From the NCBI RefSeq assembly GCF_026210795.1, contig NC_089429.1:1860001-1924000 (forward strand): DNA of 64,000 nt. Reading direction: 5' to 3'. Made by a program: the position numbers and the translations under genes. The stretch's first letter is position 1; every line of letters starts with the position of its first letter. Shown here one piece after another: positions 1 through 12,210 of this stretch. The stretch comes from Rhizophagus irregularis. Lineage: Eukaryota. The notes beneath the pieces were generated by a model. That model was not told where the DNA came from, did not search any database, and saw only the letters and a program-made list of their open reading frames with translations.

Positions 1-269
1 TCATTATCCAATAAAGGAAGGAACTGTATATATTTTGGTTATATTGCTACCTTTTTATGTATTTTGCTCGGGCCCTGCGCTAATAGTTACCCAATCATCT
101 ACGAAATGATCAACATTGATTAATAAAAAAACTTGTGGCGTAAAATGTAATCGATCGACAAATAATTGTGTAACTGTGTACGAAAAATGGATAAATTTAC
201 TCCCATTTTGAGTAAATTTTAAAAAACAAACTTTTTTCCTTTCCCTCTTTTTTTCTTTCTTCATTAAAT

Positions 270-1913
270 ATGGCATGTTCAAAAATATGTTCAGGAAATT
301 TAGTTGAATTAGCGGAAGAAATTATTCAATATTTGAGAGACGATATATCGTCATTATATTCATGTATTTTAGTTAATAGATTATGGTGTCGTATAGCAAT
401 TCCATTATTATGGGAAGATCCATTTTCGGTTCCTACACAAAAATTTGATTTTATTAAAATTTTATTACGTAGTTTAAATGATGAAGATAAAACAAGATTA
501 ATTGTAAAATATGGATTTAATAATAATGAATTTTCCCCTAAAACATTATTTAATTACCCTGGTTTTATTAAACGTTTAAATACACAAAACATTAGATTTT
601 GTATTGAAAATTGGGTTCCAAATTTAACAAATAATTTTGCAAATTCAGCAAATTTATTTTATTGGTTATTATTTAAAACTTTTATTAAAAATGAAATAAA
701 TTTAAATTCTTTTGAAATAGTAATGCTCATAAGTAGAGATCATAAATATTTTAATGAAGTATTTGATTTAATATTAAAAAATCCGAAATTTATTTATAAT
801 ATTAAAAATTTAATACTTCATCTTAACTTACTTCCAGGTGTAATGAATATCGTTCCTTTTTTAAATTTTTTAATTTCTAATTGTAATTCAATTTCAACAA
901 TTTATTTTAAAATTAATAGATGTTTTATTTCATCAATTGAAAAATATTTATCAGAAATTATTCTTTCACAAAAAAATCTTTTAAAAATTTCATTTGAATA
1001 TAAAACTCTTACTTTATATGATTCATTATTATTAACATTGAAAAATCAAAATTGTTCAAACACTTTAAATACAATTATATTTTATTGTATTGATTTTGAA
1101 AATATAATTGATAATTTAAAAGTAATTAATAATTTGAATGTTTTAGATACAATTCATATTCTTTATTGTCATTCTTTAAATTCTAATTTCATTCAACAAA
1201 TAATTAGTATTACCAAGTCATTTAAATTGAAATCTTTATTTATGAGTAAAATATTACAAATAGATTCATTACAATTATTATTACAAAAATTTGGTAATTA
1301 TTTAGAAAATTTTGGATTTGAATTTGGAGATGATGAATATAGTGAACCAAAACGTCAATTACTTGAATTGGTCGTAAAATATTGTACAAAAATTAAATAT
1401 TTTGATTTGGCAGGACCTGATGATAATAATATTAATCCAACATTTAATTTAATTAAGAATAATATGCAAAATCTTAATCATCTTTTTATAGAATTTGATC
1501 TTGAATTTGATGATTATAATTTAAGTGATGATGTTATTAAAATTAGTTCAATTATATTACAAAATTTAGGTCAAATCCTTCCTTCTAGATTAGAATATTT
1601 ATGTTTGGAACTTAGTTTTAATATGAATGATTTGGAAATATTTTTAAATAATTCTCAGAATACTTTTATTAAAAAATTATTAATTAAAAATATAGTACAA
1701 GATGGAAATGATAATCATATTTTATCTTTTATAAAAGATTTTATAAAGAAAAAGAATATGGTTAAATATTTGGCTTTTTCAGAATTTTTGGATGATAATT
1801 ATAATGATTTGTTTTCTTTAAAAGATGAAGTAAATGAATTTAAATCATATAATATAGAAGTTCAAAAGTATAGTGATTTATATATTCGTACTTATGATTT
1901 TGTAAATAATTAA
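270..1913 (+). CDS. F-box-like/LRR (RNI-like) protein, 547 aa, single exon; most divergent paralog of the cluster
   Basis: N-terminal LVELAEEIIQYL..SLYSCILVNRLWCRIAIPLLWEDPF F-box-like motif and C-terminal ILQNLGQILP..LEYL LRR-like blocks shared with eight other ORFs in the window. Confidence 0.85.
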   Translation: MACSKICSGNLVELAEEIIQYLRDDISSLYSCILVNRLWCRIAIPLLWEDPFSVPTQKFDFIKILLRSLNDEDKTRLIVKYGFNNNEFSPKTLFNYPGFIKRLNTQNIRFCIENWVPNLTNNFANSANLFYWLLFKTFIKNEINLNSFEIVMLISRDHKYFNEVFDLILKNPKFIYNIKNLILHLNLLPGVMNIVPFLNFLISNCNSISTIYFKINRCFISSIEKYLSEIILSQKNLLKISFEYKTLTLYDSLLLTLKNQNCSNTLNTIIFYCIDFENIIDNLKVINNLNVLDTIHILYCHSLNSNFIQQIISITKSFKLKSLFMSKILQIDSLQLLLQKFGNYLENFGFEFGDDEYSEPKRQLLELVVKYCTKIKYFDLAGPDDNNINPTFNLIKNNMQNLNHLFIEFDLEFDDYNLSDDVIKISSIILQNLGQILPSRLEYLCLELSFNMNDLEIFLNNSQNTFIKKLLIKNIVQDGNDNHILSFIKDFIKKKNMVKYLAFSEFLDDNYNDLFSLKDEVNEFKSYNIEVQKYSDLYIRTYDFVNN

Positions 1914-2879
1914 TGGGTAACGATTCTGAAGGTATATATGATATATATTAATACAATTCTGATATAAATAAAAAAGGTATATATAAGTTTTATATGATAA
2001 ATAAAAAAAGGCATATTTTATATGATATTTTAACATGACACAATGATTGTAAACTTTATATTCGTGTATTTCTTTCGTTTAACAATTCCGTTATTTAAAA
2101 TGTTCGTTACAGAACGTATTTTGTAAATTTGGACATAAAAGAATCTTAGGGAGAAAATCTATCAATAGCTAATAATTATATACAGGACGTTGATACCCTA
2201 ACTTTTATTCTATATTATTAATAATCTGGTTAAACTGATACCATTAATGTAATAATAATATTTCGCATTATAGTACCTAATGCTGCAGCTAGAGTAATTA
2301 GGCCTTACTAATTTCAACCCATAATTCACCACCACAACTATAAGTTTTATATATACTGTAGTTGTAATTTTGCAACTATTTAAAAAACAGTTGAGATGCC
2401 ATCCTTAGCTGAAAGCATATACTTTGCTTATATTTTCCTAAGTTTTTCAAATTTGTTTATTTTGCAATATTTGTAGCATAAAAAATAATAATAGTATTAA
2501 TTAAACCTTTTATTTGGTTATTTTTGAGGGTGCTAAGCAATTTTAATTAGTGCACCTTCTTTGATTTAGGCCATAGTTTTTATGAAATCACATACTATCT
2601 TGTTGAGCACCAGCGGTGCATTTTAGTGAAGTCATTTCAAATAATTTATTATAATATGTACAGTAATAATATTAAAACTAGTATCATAAAAGCAATATAT
2701 AATAACCATAACCATTAATCCCAAATTAATCCAATTCAATCTCACTGAGTATTCTAAAAATGTATTTGTACAAATTGTAAAAATCCTGATATTGTTATAG
2801 TTTTAATATTTCTATTTAGTAAATATTAAAAATTGTCTGTAATATTTATGTGTATACTCCTAACATGATACAAATATAG

Positions 2880-3200
2880 TTAAAAATGCAATGAGTAGTT
2901 AATTGCCATGTAAATATTATCCAATTTTATGATCTCAAAAATGGAAAACAAATATTTATTGGTTATGGAGTATGCTGGTTGTGAATCATTACAATTGTGT
3001 ATTGATTTTTTAATTTGATTAAATCAAGCAATAAATTAAATATACAGTATATTCATTTTAGCATACATAAATGTACTTGTACATCAAAATAGAATAAAGT
3101 TTGCAGACTTTGATTTATCAAAAAAATAATCAATGCATCACATAATCCAGCAGATATCCTTGGTGTAATTCCTATATTGACCAAAATATTTAATAATATT
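2880..3200 (+). pseudogene. Decayed protein kinase fragment
   Basis: Broken frames translate to KYLLVMEYAG, NVLVHQNRIKFADFDLSKK and DILGVIP; frameshifts and deletions. Confidence 0.55.
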
Positions 3201-4098
3201 AGAAATAAGTATAAAAAATTTGCATTATTCATTTTTATTTATGTATTAGAAATGGGTTTATATACTTATATGGTGCCAGAAGTCTATACTTGTCAATAAA
3301 AATGTAATACTTAAAATCTTTCAACTCCTTAAAAAAAATACAATTTAGAAAAAATAAACTGGCAACTTTATTCTTTGAGGTAAGCTCTATCAAATTACCA
3401 GTCAGATTTTTAAAAGAAGATCTACGTAAAAAGTTATAAGCATGATTTTCATATGATCAGACCAAATTTGAAACAAAATATGTTGGCCAGAACTTATGAT
3501 AATTTGGGTCGAATTCATGTATTGTGATAATGCCAGCCCGAATTATCATAATATGAATCAAATGTAATTTTTTTTAAAAAAAATTTTTTATCAATGTATG
3601 ACTCTTATGAAATGGTAGTTGCGATTTTTTATCCACTTTTTTTTATGTTTTATCTTGTTTGTAATAAAAAATTTTCAAAACTGCATTATATTAGTACTTA
3701 ACACAAGAAATCCAGTTTTTATTGGCGGAATTCCAGATCACATGTTATAGAATCAGCTCAAACAAATCACGTGATTATCGAATATAGACTTCCGGCACCA
3801 TATTTGATAATTTATAAAAAAAAATGATTTATTCAAATTACAAACTTAGAAATTTGTAAAATATTTACTACTCTAGTTTTAGTGTTTAAATAATTCTAAG
3901 AAGAGACATATTTAATATTTGGATAAAATATAAAAAAAAAAAGAATTATTTAAATTACAAACTAAGAATCTTTAAAACATTTCACTACTCTAGCCTTAGT
4001 GTTTAAATAGATCTAAAAAGAATAAAATGAGGAACAATTTTTGTTAAATGTATGGTATCAAATATTACTATATCTTTTTTAAAACACAAATAATTATG

Positions 4099-7000
4099 TT
4101 AATTTTCATTTGTTTTAATATCTAAATATTAAATAAATAAAATTAATTAATTTATTTTATAATATACCATATATTATATACACTTTACATACCTAATTTC
4201 TTCAAATTAAACATGCATTCATTCAAATCTCCGCTTACTAGCATTTCACTCACTTGTACACTAGTTTGTGAATTTTTACTTTCAAGAATTTCATTCAATT
4301 GTTCACTAGTAAAATCAAGTAAGCGACTTGTATAAAAAGCCTGTGAGTGAGATTCAGTAGCAAGATTGTTATGCCCAATTGGTGCATTTATAAATTCCAT
4401 AATATTGCATTTTAATTCTTCATTAATTTCTTCAATTTTCTTACCATAAGGAGGAAAAATCCATTCATAAATAATTTTTAAAACTTCCTTAGAAGATGGC
4501 CTTTTTAATGGATCTTTATCCCAACATTTTTTCATCAAATCTACATAGCATTGTGGAGTATTTTCAATAATTTCAGGACGTTTACCTTCACAAATACTTA
4601 AACTAAGTTGAATATCATGTGCTCTATTATTATATGGTGGTATTCCAGATGTAAATTCCCACATAATCATAGAAAAACTGTATATATCACTAGCTGGAGT
4701 ATAAGATTTACCTCTTAAAACTTCAGGTGCCATAAATGGTACAACACCATAAATATCATATTTTTTCAAAAATGATTTTACAGGTTTACATAATCCTAAA
4801 TCACTAATATAAATTTTACTCTCATTATGATTTAAAATATTGCCATCATGAAGATCACAATGAATAAGATTTTGTTTATGTATATTATCAAGTCCAGAAA
4901 TAATTTCATACAACATGTATAATTTTTGATCCCAATCACTTTCAATTATTCTTGTTAAGTTTTCTCTTAAATTACCTTTGTTTGCATAATCCATTACTGC
5001 CATATATTTCAAAGTATCTGGATTTTTTGTAAATCCATAAAAATAGATAATTTCAAATGAATTTAAACAACTTTCATGATATTTCCACTATAAAAAATAA
5101 TAAACATATTAATATAAGTAAATTATAATTTAAATTAAAAAAATAAATAATATAAATATCATACTTCATTTAAAAATTCATTTAAATTTTCATTTAAAGT
5201 ATTATGGCATTTGAGAATTACATCTTTATTATCTCCATCATTCATCAACCATGTAGCTTTATATATAGTACCAAACCCTCCTTCATTAAGATATTCAACA
5301 TTTTTAAATTTATTATAAGGAATCCATCTTAACATTTTTTCATGAATAAATTTATCTATGATTTTATTTCCACTTTTTCCAAATCTATAATTTAAAAAAT
5401 TAAAATTATATTAAAGTTTATAATAAAATTTACACTGAAATTTAAGATTAAAATTAACACTTACTCTAAAATTTAAATAGGAATTTAAGATAATATATGT
5501 CTTAGTTTTTTGTATAAATATTTATAATAATACATAACCTACCAACTAAAGTAATAGAAATTTTAAAATAAAAGAATACAGTTAACAAATAAATATTATT
5601 AAAATATATAACAATAGAAATAACAAATAACTTACAAGCTTTATTATTAAATAATTTTTTAAATAAAGAATTTAGTTAGTTTAAATTATGTGTATATATT
5701 ATAACAATAAATAATAATAGAATTAAATAAATAACTTATAACTTACGATCTATTAAATAAATAATTTAGTTAGTTTAAATTATATGTAAATATTATAACA
5801 ATAAGTAATAATAGAAATGAATAAATAACTTACTAACTAAAAGAAATTACAAAATAATTTTTTAAATAAAGAATTTAGTTTATATGTAAATATTATAATA
5901 ATAAGTACTGATAATAGAATTAAATAAATAACTTACTCTCTATATTATTTAAATAATTATTTAAATAAAGAATTTAGTTTAACTTATACGTAAAAATCTT
6001 AACAATAAGTAATAATAAAATTAAATAACCTACCAACTAAAGAAATTACAAAAATAATTTTATAAATAAAGAATTTAGTTAGTTTAAATTATATGCAAAT
6101 ATTATTGTAACAATAAGTAATAATAGAATTAATTAATAACTTACACCCTATATTATTTAAATAATTTTTTAAATAAAGAATTTAGTTAATTTAAATTATA
6201 TGCAAATATTCAGTTATAACAAAGTAATAGTAATAAATAACTTACACCCTATATTATTTAATTTAAATAATTTAAATAAAGAATTTAGTTAATTTAAATT
6301 ATATGCAAATATTATAACAATAAGTAAATATAGAATTAAATAAATAACTTATAACTTACGATCTATTAATAAATAAAGAATTTAGTTAGTTTACATTATA
6401 TGTAAATATTATAAAATAGAATTAAATAAATAACTTACCAACTAAAAGAAATTACAAAATAATTTTTTAAATAAAGAATATATTTATTTAGTTAGGTTAA
6501 ATTATATGTAAATATTATAATAATAAGTAATAATAGAATTAAATAAATAACTTATAGCTTACGATCTATTAAATAAAGAATTTAGTTAGTTTAAATTATA
6601 TGCAAATATTATAACAATAAGTAATAATAGAATTAAATAAATAACTTATAACTTACGATCTATTAAATAAGAATTTAATTAGTTTAAATTATATGTAAAT
6701 ATTATAAAAATAAGTAATAATAGAATCAAATAAATAACTTACACCCTATATTATTTAAATAATTTTTTAAATAAAGGAATTTAATTAGTTTAAATTATAT
6801 GCAAATATTATAACAATAAGTAATAATAAAATTAAATAAATAACTTATAACTTACGATCTATTAAATAAAGAATTAAATTAGTTTAAATTATATGTAAAT
6901 ATTATAAAAATAAGTTAAATAAATAACTTATAACTTACGATCTATTAAATAAAGTATTTAGTTAGTTTAAATCATATATTATAACAATAAGTAATAATAG

Positions 7001-8428
7001 AATTAAATAAATAACTTACTCTCTATATTATTATTTAAATAATTTTTAAATAAAGAATTTAATTAGTTTAAATTATATGTAAATATTATAACAACAAGTA
7101 ATAATAGAATTAAATAAATAACTTACCAACTAAAAGAAATTACATTAAATAAAGAATTTAATTAGTTTAAATTATATGTTAATATTATAACAACAAGTAA
7201 TAATACTAGTATTAAATAAATAACTTATAACTTACGATCTATTAAATAAAGAAATTAGATAGTTTAAATTATATGTAAATATTATAACAATAAGTAATAA
7301 TAGAATTAAATAAATAACTTATAACTTACGATCTATTAAATAAGAATTTAGTTAGTTTAAATTATATGTAAATGTTATAACAATAAGCAATTGAATTAAA
7401 TAAATAACTTACTCTCTATATTATTTAAATAAATAAAGAAATTAGTTAGTTTAAATTATATATAAATATTATAACAATAAGTTATAATAGAATTAAATAA
7501 ATAACTTACTCTCTATATTAGTATTTAATGATTTTTAAATAAAGAATTTAGTTTAAATTAAATATTATAATAATAAGTAATAATAGAATTAAATAAATAA
7601 CTTACTTTCTATATTATTTAAATAATTTTTTAAATAAATAATTTAGTTAGATTAAATTATATTTAAATAGCAATAAGTAATGATAGAATTAAATAAATAA
7701 CTTATAACTTACGATCTATTAAACAAAGAATTAAGTTAGTTTAAATCATATACAAATATTATAACAATAAGTAATAATAGAATTAAATAAATAACTTACC
7801 AACTAAAAGAAATTACAAAATAATTTTTTAAATAAAGAATTTAGTTAGCTTAAATATAGAAATATAGACGTCATATAACTTACACCCTGTAGTATTATTA
7901 ATTTTTAATCAGTTAGGTATAAATATAATAGGAAAGTATTTACTATAAATTAATATATCACTTACAATCTATTTAAATTAAAAATATAATTAGTTAAATT
8001 ATATTAAAATATTAGATGTCAATAAATAAATATATTAAATATAATAATATCCTTAAGTATTATAACTTACCAGCTGTAATATAATTAATTATTTATTTAA
8101 ACAAAGTATTTAGTTATTTGAGTAAAATAAACAAAGTAAAAAACTAAAAATTTAAATAACTGATAACTTACAAACTATAGTATTAATAATCATTAAATAA
8201 ATTATTTAGTTATATATATAATATAGTTAGTTTGTATTTGTACATTATGCAAGTATTTTAATATTTTTGCTTGTTTAATATACCTGTACTCCTTTCCTTA
8301 AATCCTCCAGTATCATTTCCTTCAAACTCTACTATATTGCAAAATTGTTTAAAATTTTTATGGGATAATTCTAATTTTATATTATATATTTATGCTGTAT
8401 TATTACCTTTACTAATACATTGACCCAT
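4099..8428 (-). CDS. TKL-type protein kinase with N-terminal acylation motif and micro-exon array (predicted 34 coding exons, 430 aa)
   Basis: Exons 8428-8407, 8331-8284, 28 x 3 nt (8174 down to 5543), 5465 (1 nt), 5384-5165, 5087-4193, 4121-4099; sum 1293 nt, all GT-AG, no internal stop. Motifs EGGFGTIY, VILK, HCDLHDGN, DLG, APE, DIYSF. Confidence 0.85.
5385..8283 (-). repeat. Tandem array of 76-121 nt intron units separated by 1-3 nt micro-exons
   Basis: Each + strand unit contains (a/c)cttac or cctac (reverse of a GTAAG/GTAGG donor), 3 variable nt, then ct (reverse of AG); most also contain ttagttagt (reverse of ACTAACTAA branch site). Confidence 0.85.
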
Positions 8429-9060
8429 TACTATATCAAATTCTTCCTAATCAAAAAGATAAAGTAAATATCTTTTTTTCTTTTTTTATTATTTATATTA
8501 AATACCTTATTAGTACAGATAAATATGGTAACAATATTTATGCAAATACAATATGCTGACAAGTATTGCATGTATGACAAAACAAATTTTGCATGTCCGG
8601 AAATGCATGTCAATCATCTTGTTGTTACATAGTAGTAAAAATCACAAAATAGAGAAAGTTTTCTCAATACATATTATATAAATTTTTTAAGTCATTAAGA
8701 TTATGTTTGGCTACTAAGATTACTTAGAAGACAAAGAACAGCAAAGGTAGTTCTAATTATTATCACTTTTGATTTTTAATCAAAAACCAACTTGAAAATG
8801 ATCGGCATATACTTAATTTTTTTTATTTTAATATTTTTAATATTTAATACTTATAAAACTATTATAAATCAAATAATTTAATGAAATTATATTTAAACAC
8901 GTAGATAATGTATTATTTTTTTTATCAAATATTTATATTAAAATTATTTACAATTAAGTATACACAAAATTTTTTTATTAAAATAAAACTAGAAAATAAG
9001 TTTATTAATTATAAAATATTTAACTTTGAAATTAAAAGTCATGTGAGGGTGAAAATTTTT

Positions 9061-9098
9061 GGGTGATATTGGGAACATCCACCCATATAATCAACTAG
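9061..9098 (+). mobile_element. Helitron-like 3' terminus (degenerate hairpin + CTAG)
   Basis: gggtgatatt-ggg-aacatccaccc imperfect stem, 10 nt spacer, then CTAG|T; 5' end not located. Confidence 0.4.
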
Positions 9099-11834
9099 TA
9101 TTTATATATATTATTTTTTTTTTGTCAAATCGTGTAATGAGGAATAATGCTAAAGGTTGCAGATTCCAATAAGTAGTCATTTGATTTTTTTCCATCTGCC
9201 TATTTTGATTACTAATGCTAATTTTTTTCTTTTTTAAATTTGCTTTCTTCTTTTTTTTAGTATTGCTTGACTACTAATTTTTTTTTTAAAAAAAAGAGCA
9301 ATTCAAAAAATTATTTATTTTTTTTTTCTTTAGGTTCAGTTGGAGATCTTTGTATGTGCATGCTGTGTACTATGTAGATACAGGATTTTTACCTTTTTTT
9401 AATGATAATTGATTATTATCATTTTTTTTTTATTTTTAAAAAACTCTAAACAATAATAAAACAATTGAATTTTCTGTATACCATCAATTGATAATATTAG
9501 TAAAACTAATTAATTTGCAGATGATCAGGAATAATTAAACCAAAAATGATTAACAAATGACCCAACTATCACTATTCTGATCAAAAGTCTGGGAGTAAAC
9601 TCCATATTTATCCCATATTTTACCCAGATAATTCTAGTATTTAATCCCAGCAGATCAACCTATATTTTATCCCAGATTAATTCATTAAACTTCACTGGCA
9701 ATTATATCACCTATCTATTCGCACAATATTATTTAAAATAATTCAATTTAATATTCATATTTATAGGTCACTTCATTAGTATTAAAAGATTTATAAAAAT
9801 AATATGCAAAGAGTGAATTTATTCCTAACACAAGGGTAAATCACCCCCTAAAATTCAATTTTTTATTGGTTAATCACTAATAATTTTAAACTTTTTTTAT
9901 TTAAAAGACAAGAACATAATTTTTTTTATATAAAATGCTTATTTTATATAAAAAAGTAATGAAATTTATTTGTTACATACATTTATTGTTATGTTATAAA
10001 AAGTATTTATTTGAAAGTTTATTTACTAGTAACCAGTTTTTCAATTTTATTTATTTACTTTTAATGGAACTAGTAATAATACAAAAAAAATAGAAATCTA
10101 CAATAACAAATTTATATTGAAAGAATTAATAAAAAAAGTTGTATGAGATCATAGTTAAAGGATAAAATGTAACAAAAGCAACTGATGTTAAAGATAAAAT
10201 GGACAAAATCCACCAAAGAACAAAACAACTAGAAAATTGCAAAATAAAGAGACTTCAAGATATTAAATGCCATTATACCAATAATGTCATAAAATACCAA
10301 TATGAATATATTCGTTATGATTTTAATTTTGAAAATAACTGTCTTTTTAGGAATGATTAATAAGAGAGTTTCTTTAACAGGGTTGGTATTATTTGATGAA
10401 GGAGAAATAATGCCAAAATAAAAGATATCACAACTTTACAATGGTTTTTTACACCATTCAGTAAAAAATGTTAGTAAAGATAATATCTTATTTAGACATA
10501 GTAAATCAAGGAAACTTATTGATCTTTTTTTTTGGAATAGGTGATTATTATTTACACCTATTAATGAAGTACCTAGGTGAAAGAGTTCGCTAATAATGTT
10601 TGTTAGGTTTTAAACTGTAACCAATCCAATTTTTTTTAAAAAAAATAAATACTCTATGACTGAAAAAGGTTTTATGTTTCAAACATATAATTCGCTAAGC
10701 CATTAATAAATCCCATCTAACACTTAAATTTAATTGTTCAAACCATTCGATTATTTTTAGTTTATTTCTGGCAAAATTGTGACATTGGATTACTAATTTT
10801 GTTTTAATTAGAGAATTTATATTTTTTTTTGTATTTAGTTAAACTGGAAGTTTTACTTAATTTAGGCAGATATGATGAAAAAATTAAATGTGATTATATA
10901 ATTTTGGTTGAAAATTTGAATTTTATCGTATAAACACATGATCTAATTGGTCGCTTTTTCTATCATCTTTTTTTTAGTTTAACAATTTAATTAAATTGAA
11001 ACAATAAAAATAACACATCAATAAACAAATAGTTAGCATTACTTAACTTAGTAAAATCTTGCGAAGTAAAATTGTATTTTGATAAAAAAAAAAAATTTCT
11101 CGATCATGATGATCATTTTTATTAGTTAATGATGAAAAAAAACATACTTTAAACACCAAATCTTGCATAGATTAATAATATCCCGTAATTCTTAAAATGC
11201 TAGAAATATTATAAAGCTACTGTACAAGGGGTGGGACAATGAACTAACTGAATGAACAGAACGAACGTAATTAACGTTAACATTAACGTTAACAATAGAA
11301 TTTGTCTTCAAGTGGTTTCCTTTTTAGAAAGTCGGCCAACCATTTTTAGCTTTGATTGACTGGTTACACAATTTTTTACAAATCAAACTTTCCATGAAAG
11401 TACAACCATAATCAAATGATGTAATTATCCTTTATCACGAAAGTCTATCTATCATCTTGACACAAAAATGAAAAATACCATTGTACCACACTTATCTATA
11501 TTTATACAAGTAATACAATTGTAAATCGAAGCAATTTTTTTTCTTTTCTATCTATATTTGTGCAAGAATACTATTTCTCACCCTTATTATGTTTACAAAA
11601 TCGGTTGAAAAATTGAAAAAGCTTATTACACGAGTAATACAATTGTATTACCCTTATTATGCTTATAAATCGATTGATAAATTTAGTTTTTTTTTTGCAA
11701 AAGCTTATCTTACATAAGTAATAAGTTTTATAAAGGTTATAAAAATCGATTGAAAACTTGGCGTTCTTTTTTCTTATTCTTTTTTTTTCTGCAAAAAAGT
11801 TTCATCTTTAATTTTAAGATAATAATCTTATAAA

Positions 11835-12210
11835 TGAAAAATAACTATGGAGCATGTAAAAATTGTGACGAACAATATACGAATTTATATAATGTAAAGT
11901 ATGAATGATATAAATCATACTATATCACGAACTGGATTAGTAAGAATGAAAGAATCAATAATTTAATTCAAGAGATGCAATCAGAAATGGATTATATGAT
12001 AATTGAATGGATACCATATAATCAGTTTGATAATATTGAAGAATTAGGTGAAAAAATTTTTGATAAAGTATATTCAGCAATATGGCGATGAGTCGATGAC
12101 TCTTTGAATTATAATAAGCAAAAAATGAATATATAAGAAACCCGAATAAAATAGTTGCTTTAAAATTTTATAATGATCAAAATATTGTCAACAAATTTTT
12201 TAATGAACAG
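11835..12210 (+). pseudogene. Decayed N-terminal exon of a TKL-type kinase
   Basis: Translates to YGACKNCDEQY..NWISKNERINNLIQEMQ..IIEWIPYNQFDNIEELG..VYSAIW with in-frame stops; matches the EWIPYN block of the intact kinases. Confidence 0.65.

Noticed and set aside
4185..5012. 275-aa ORF as a complete gene
   Set aside because: Starts at TTG inside one exon and lacks the kinase N-lobe; it is part of the spliced 4099-8428 model.
5500..7900. CRISPR array or plain satellite
   Set aside because: Eukaryotic context, no unique spacers and no cas genes; the units are explained by splice signals and an in-frame product.
10130..10560. Coding-like decayed stretch
   Set aside because: No recognisable motif or sustained frame.
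11225..11295. Lone TIR-like end (caaggggtgggacaatgaac)
   Set aside because: No partner end or TSD found in the window.
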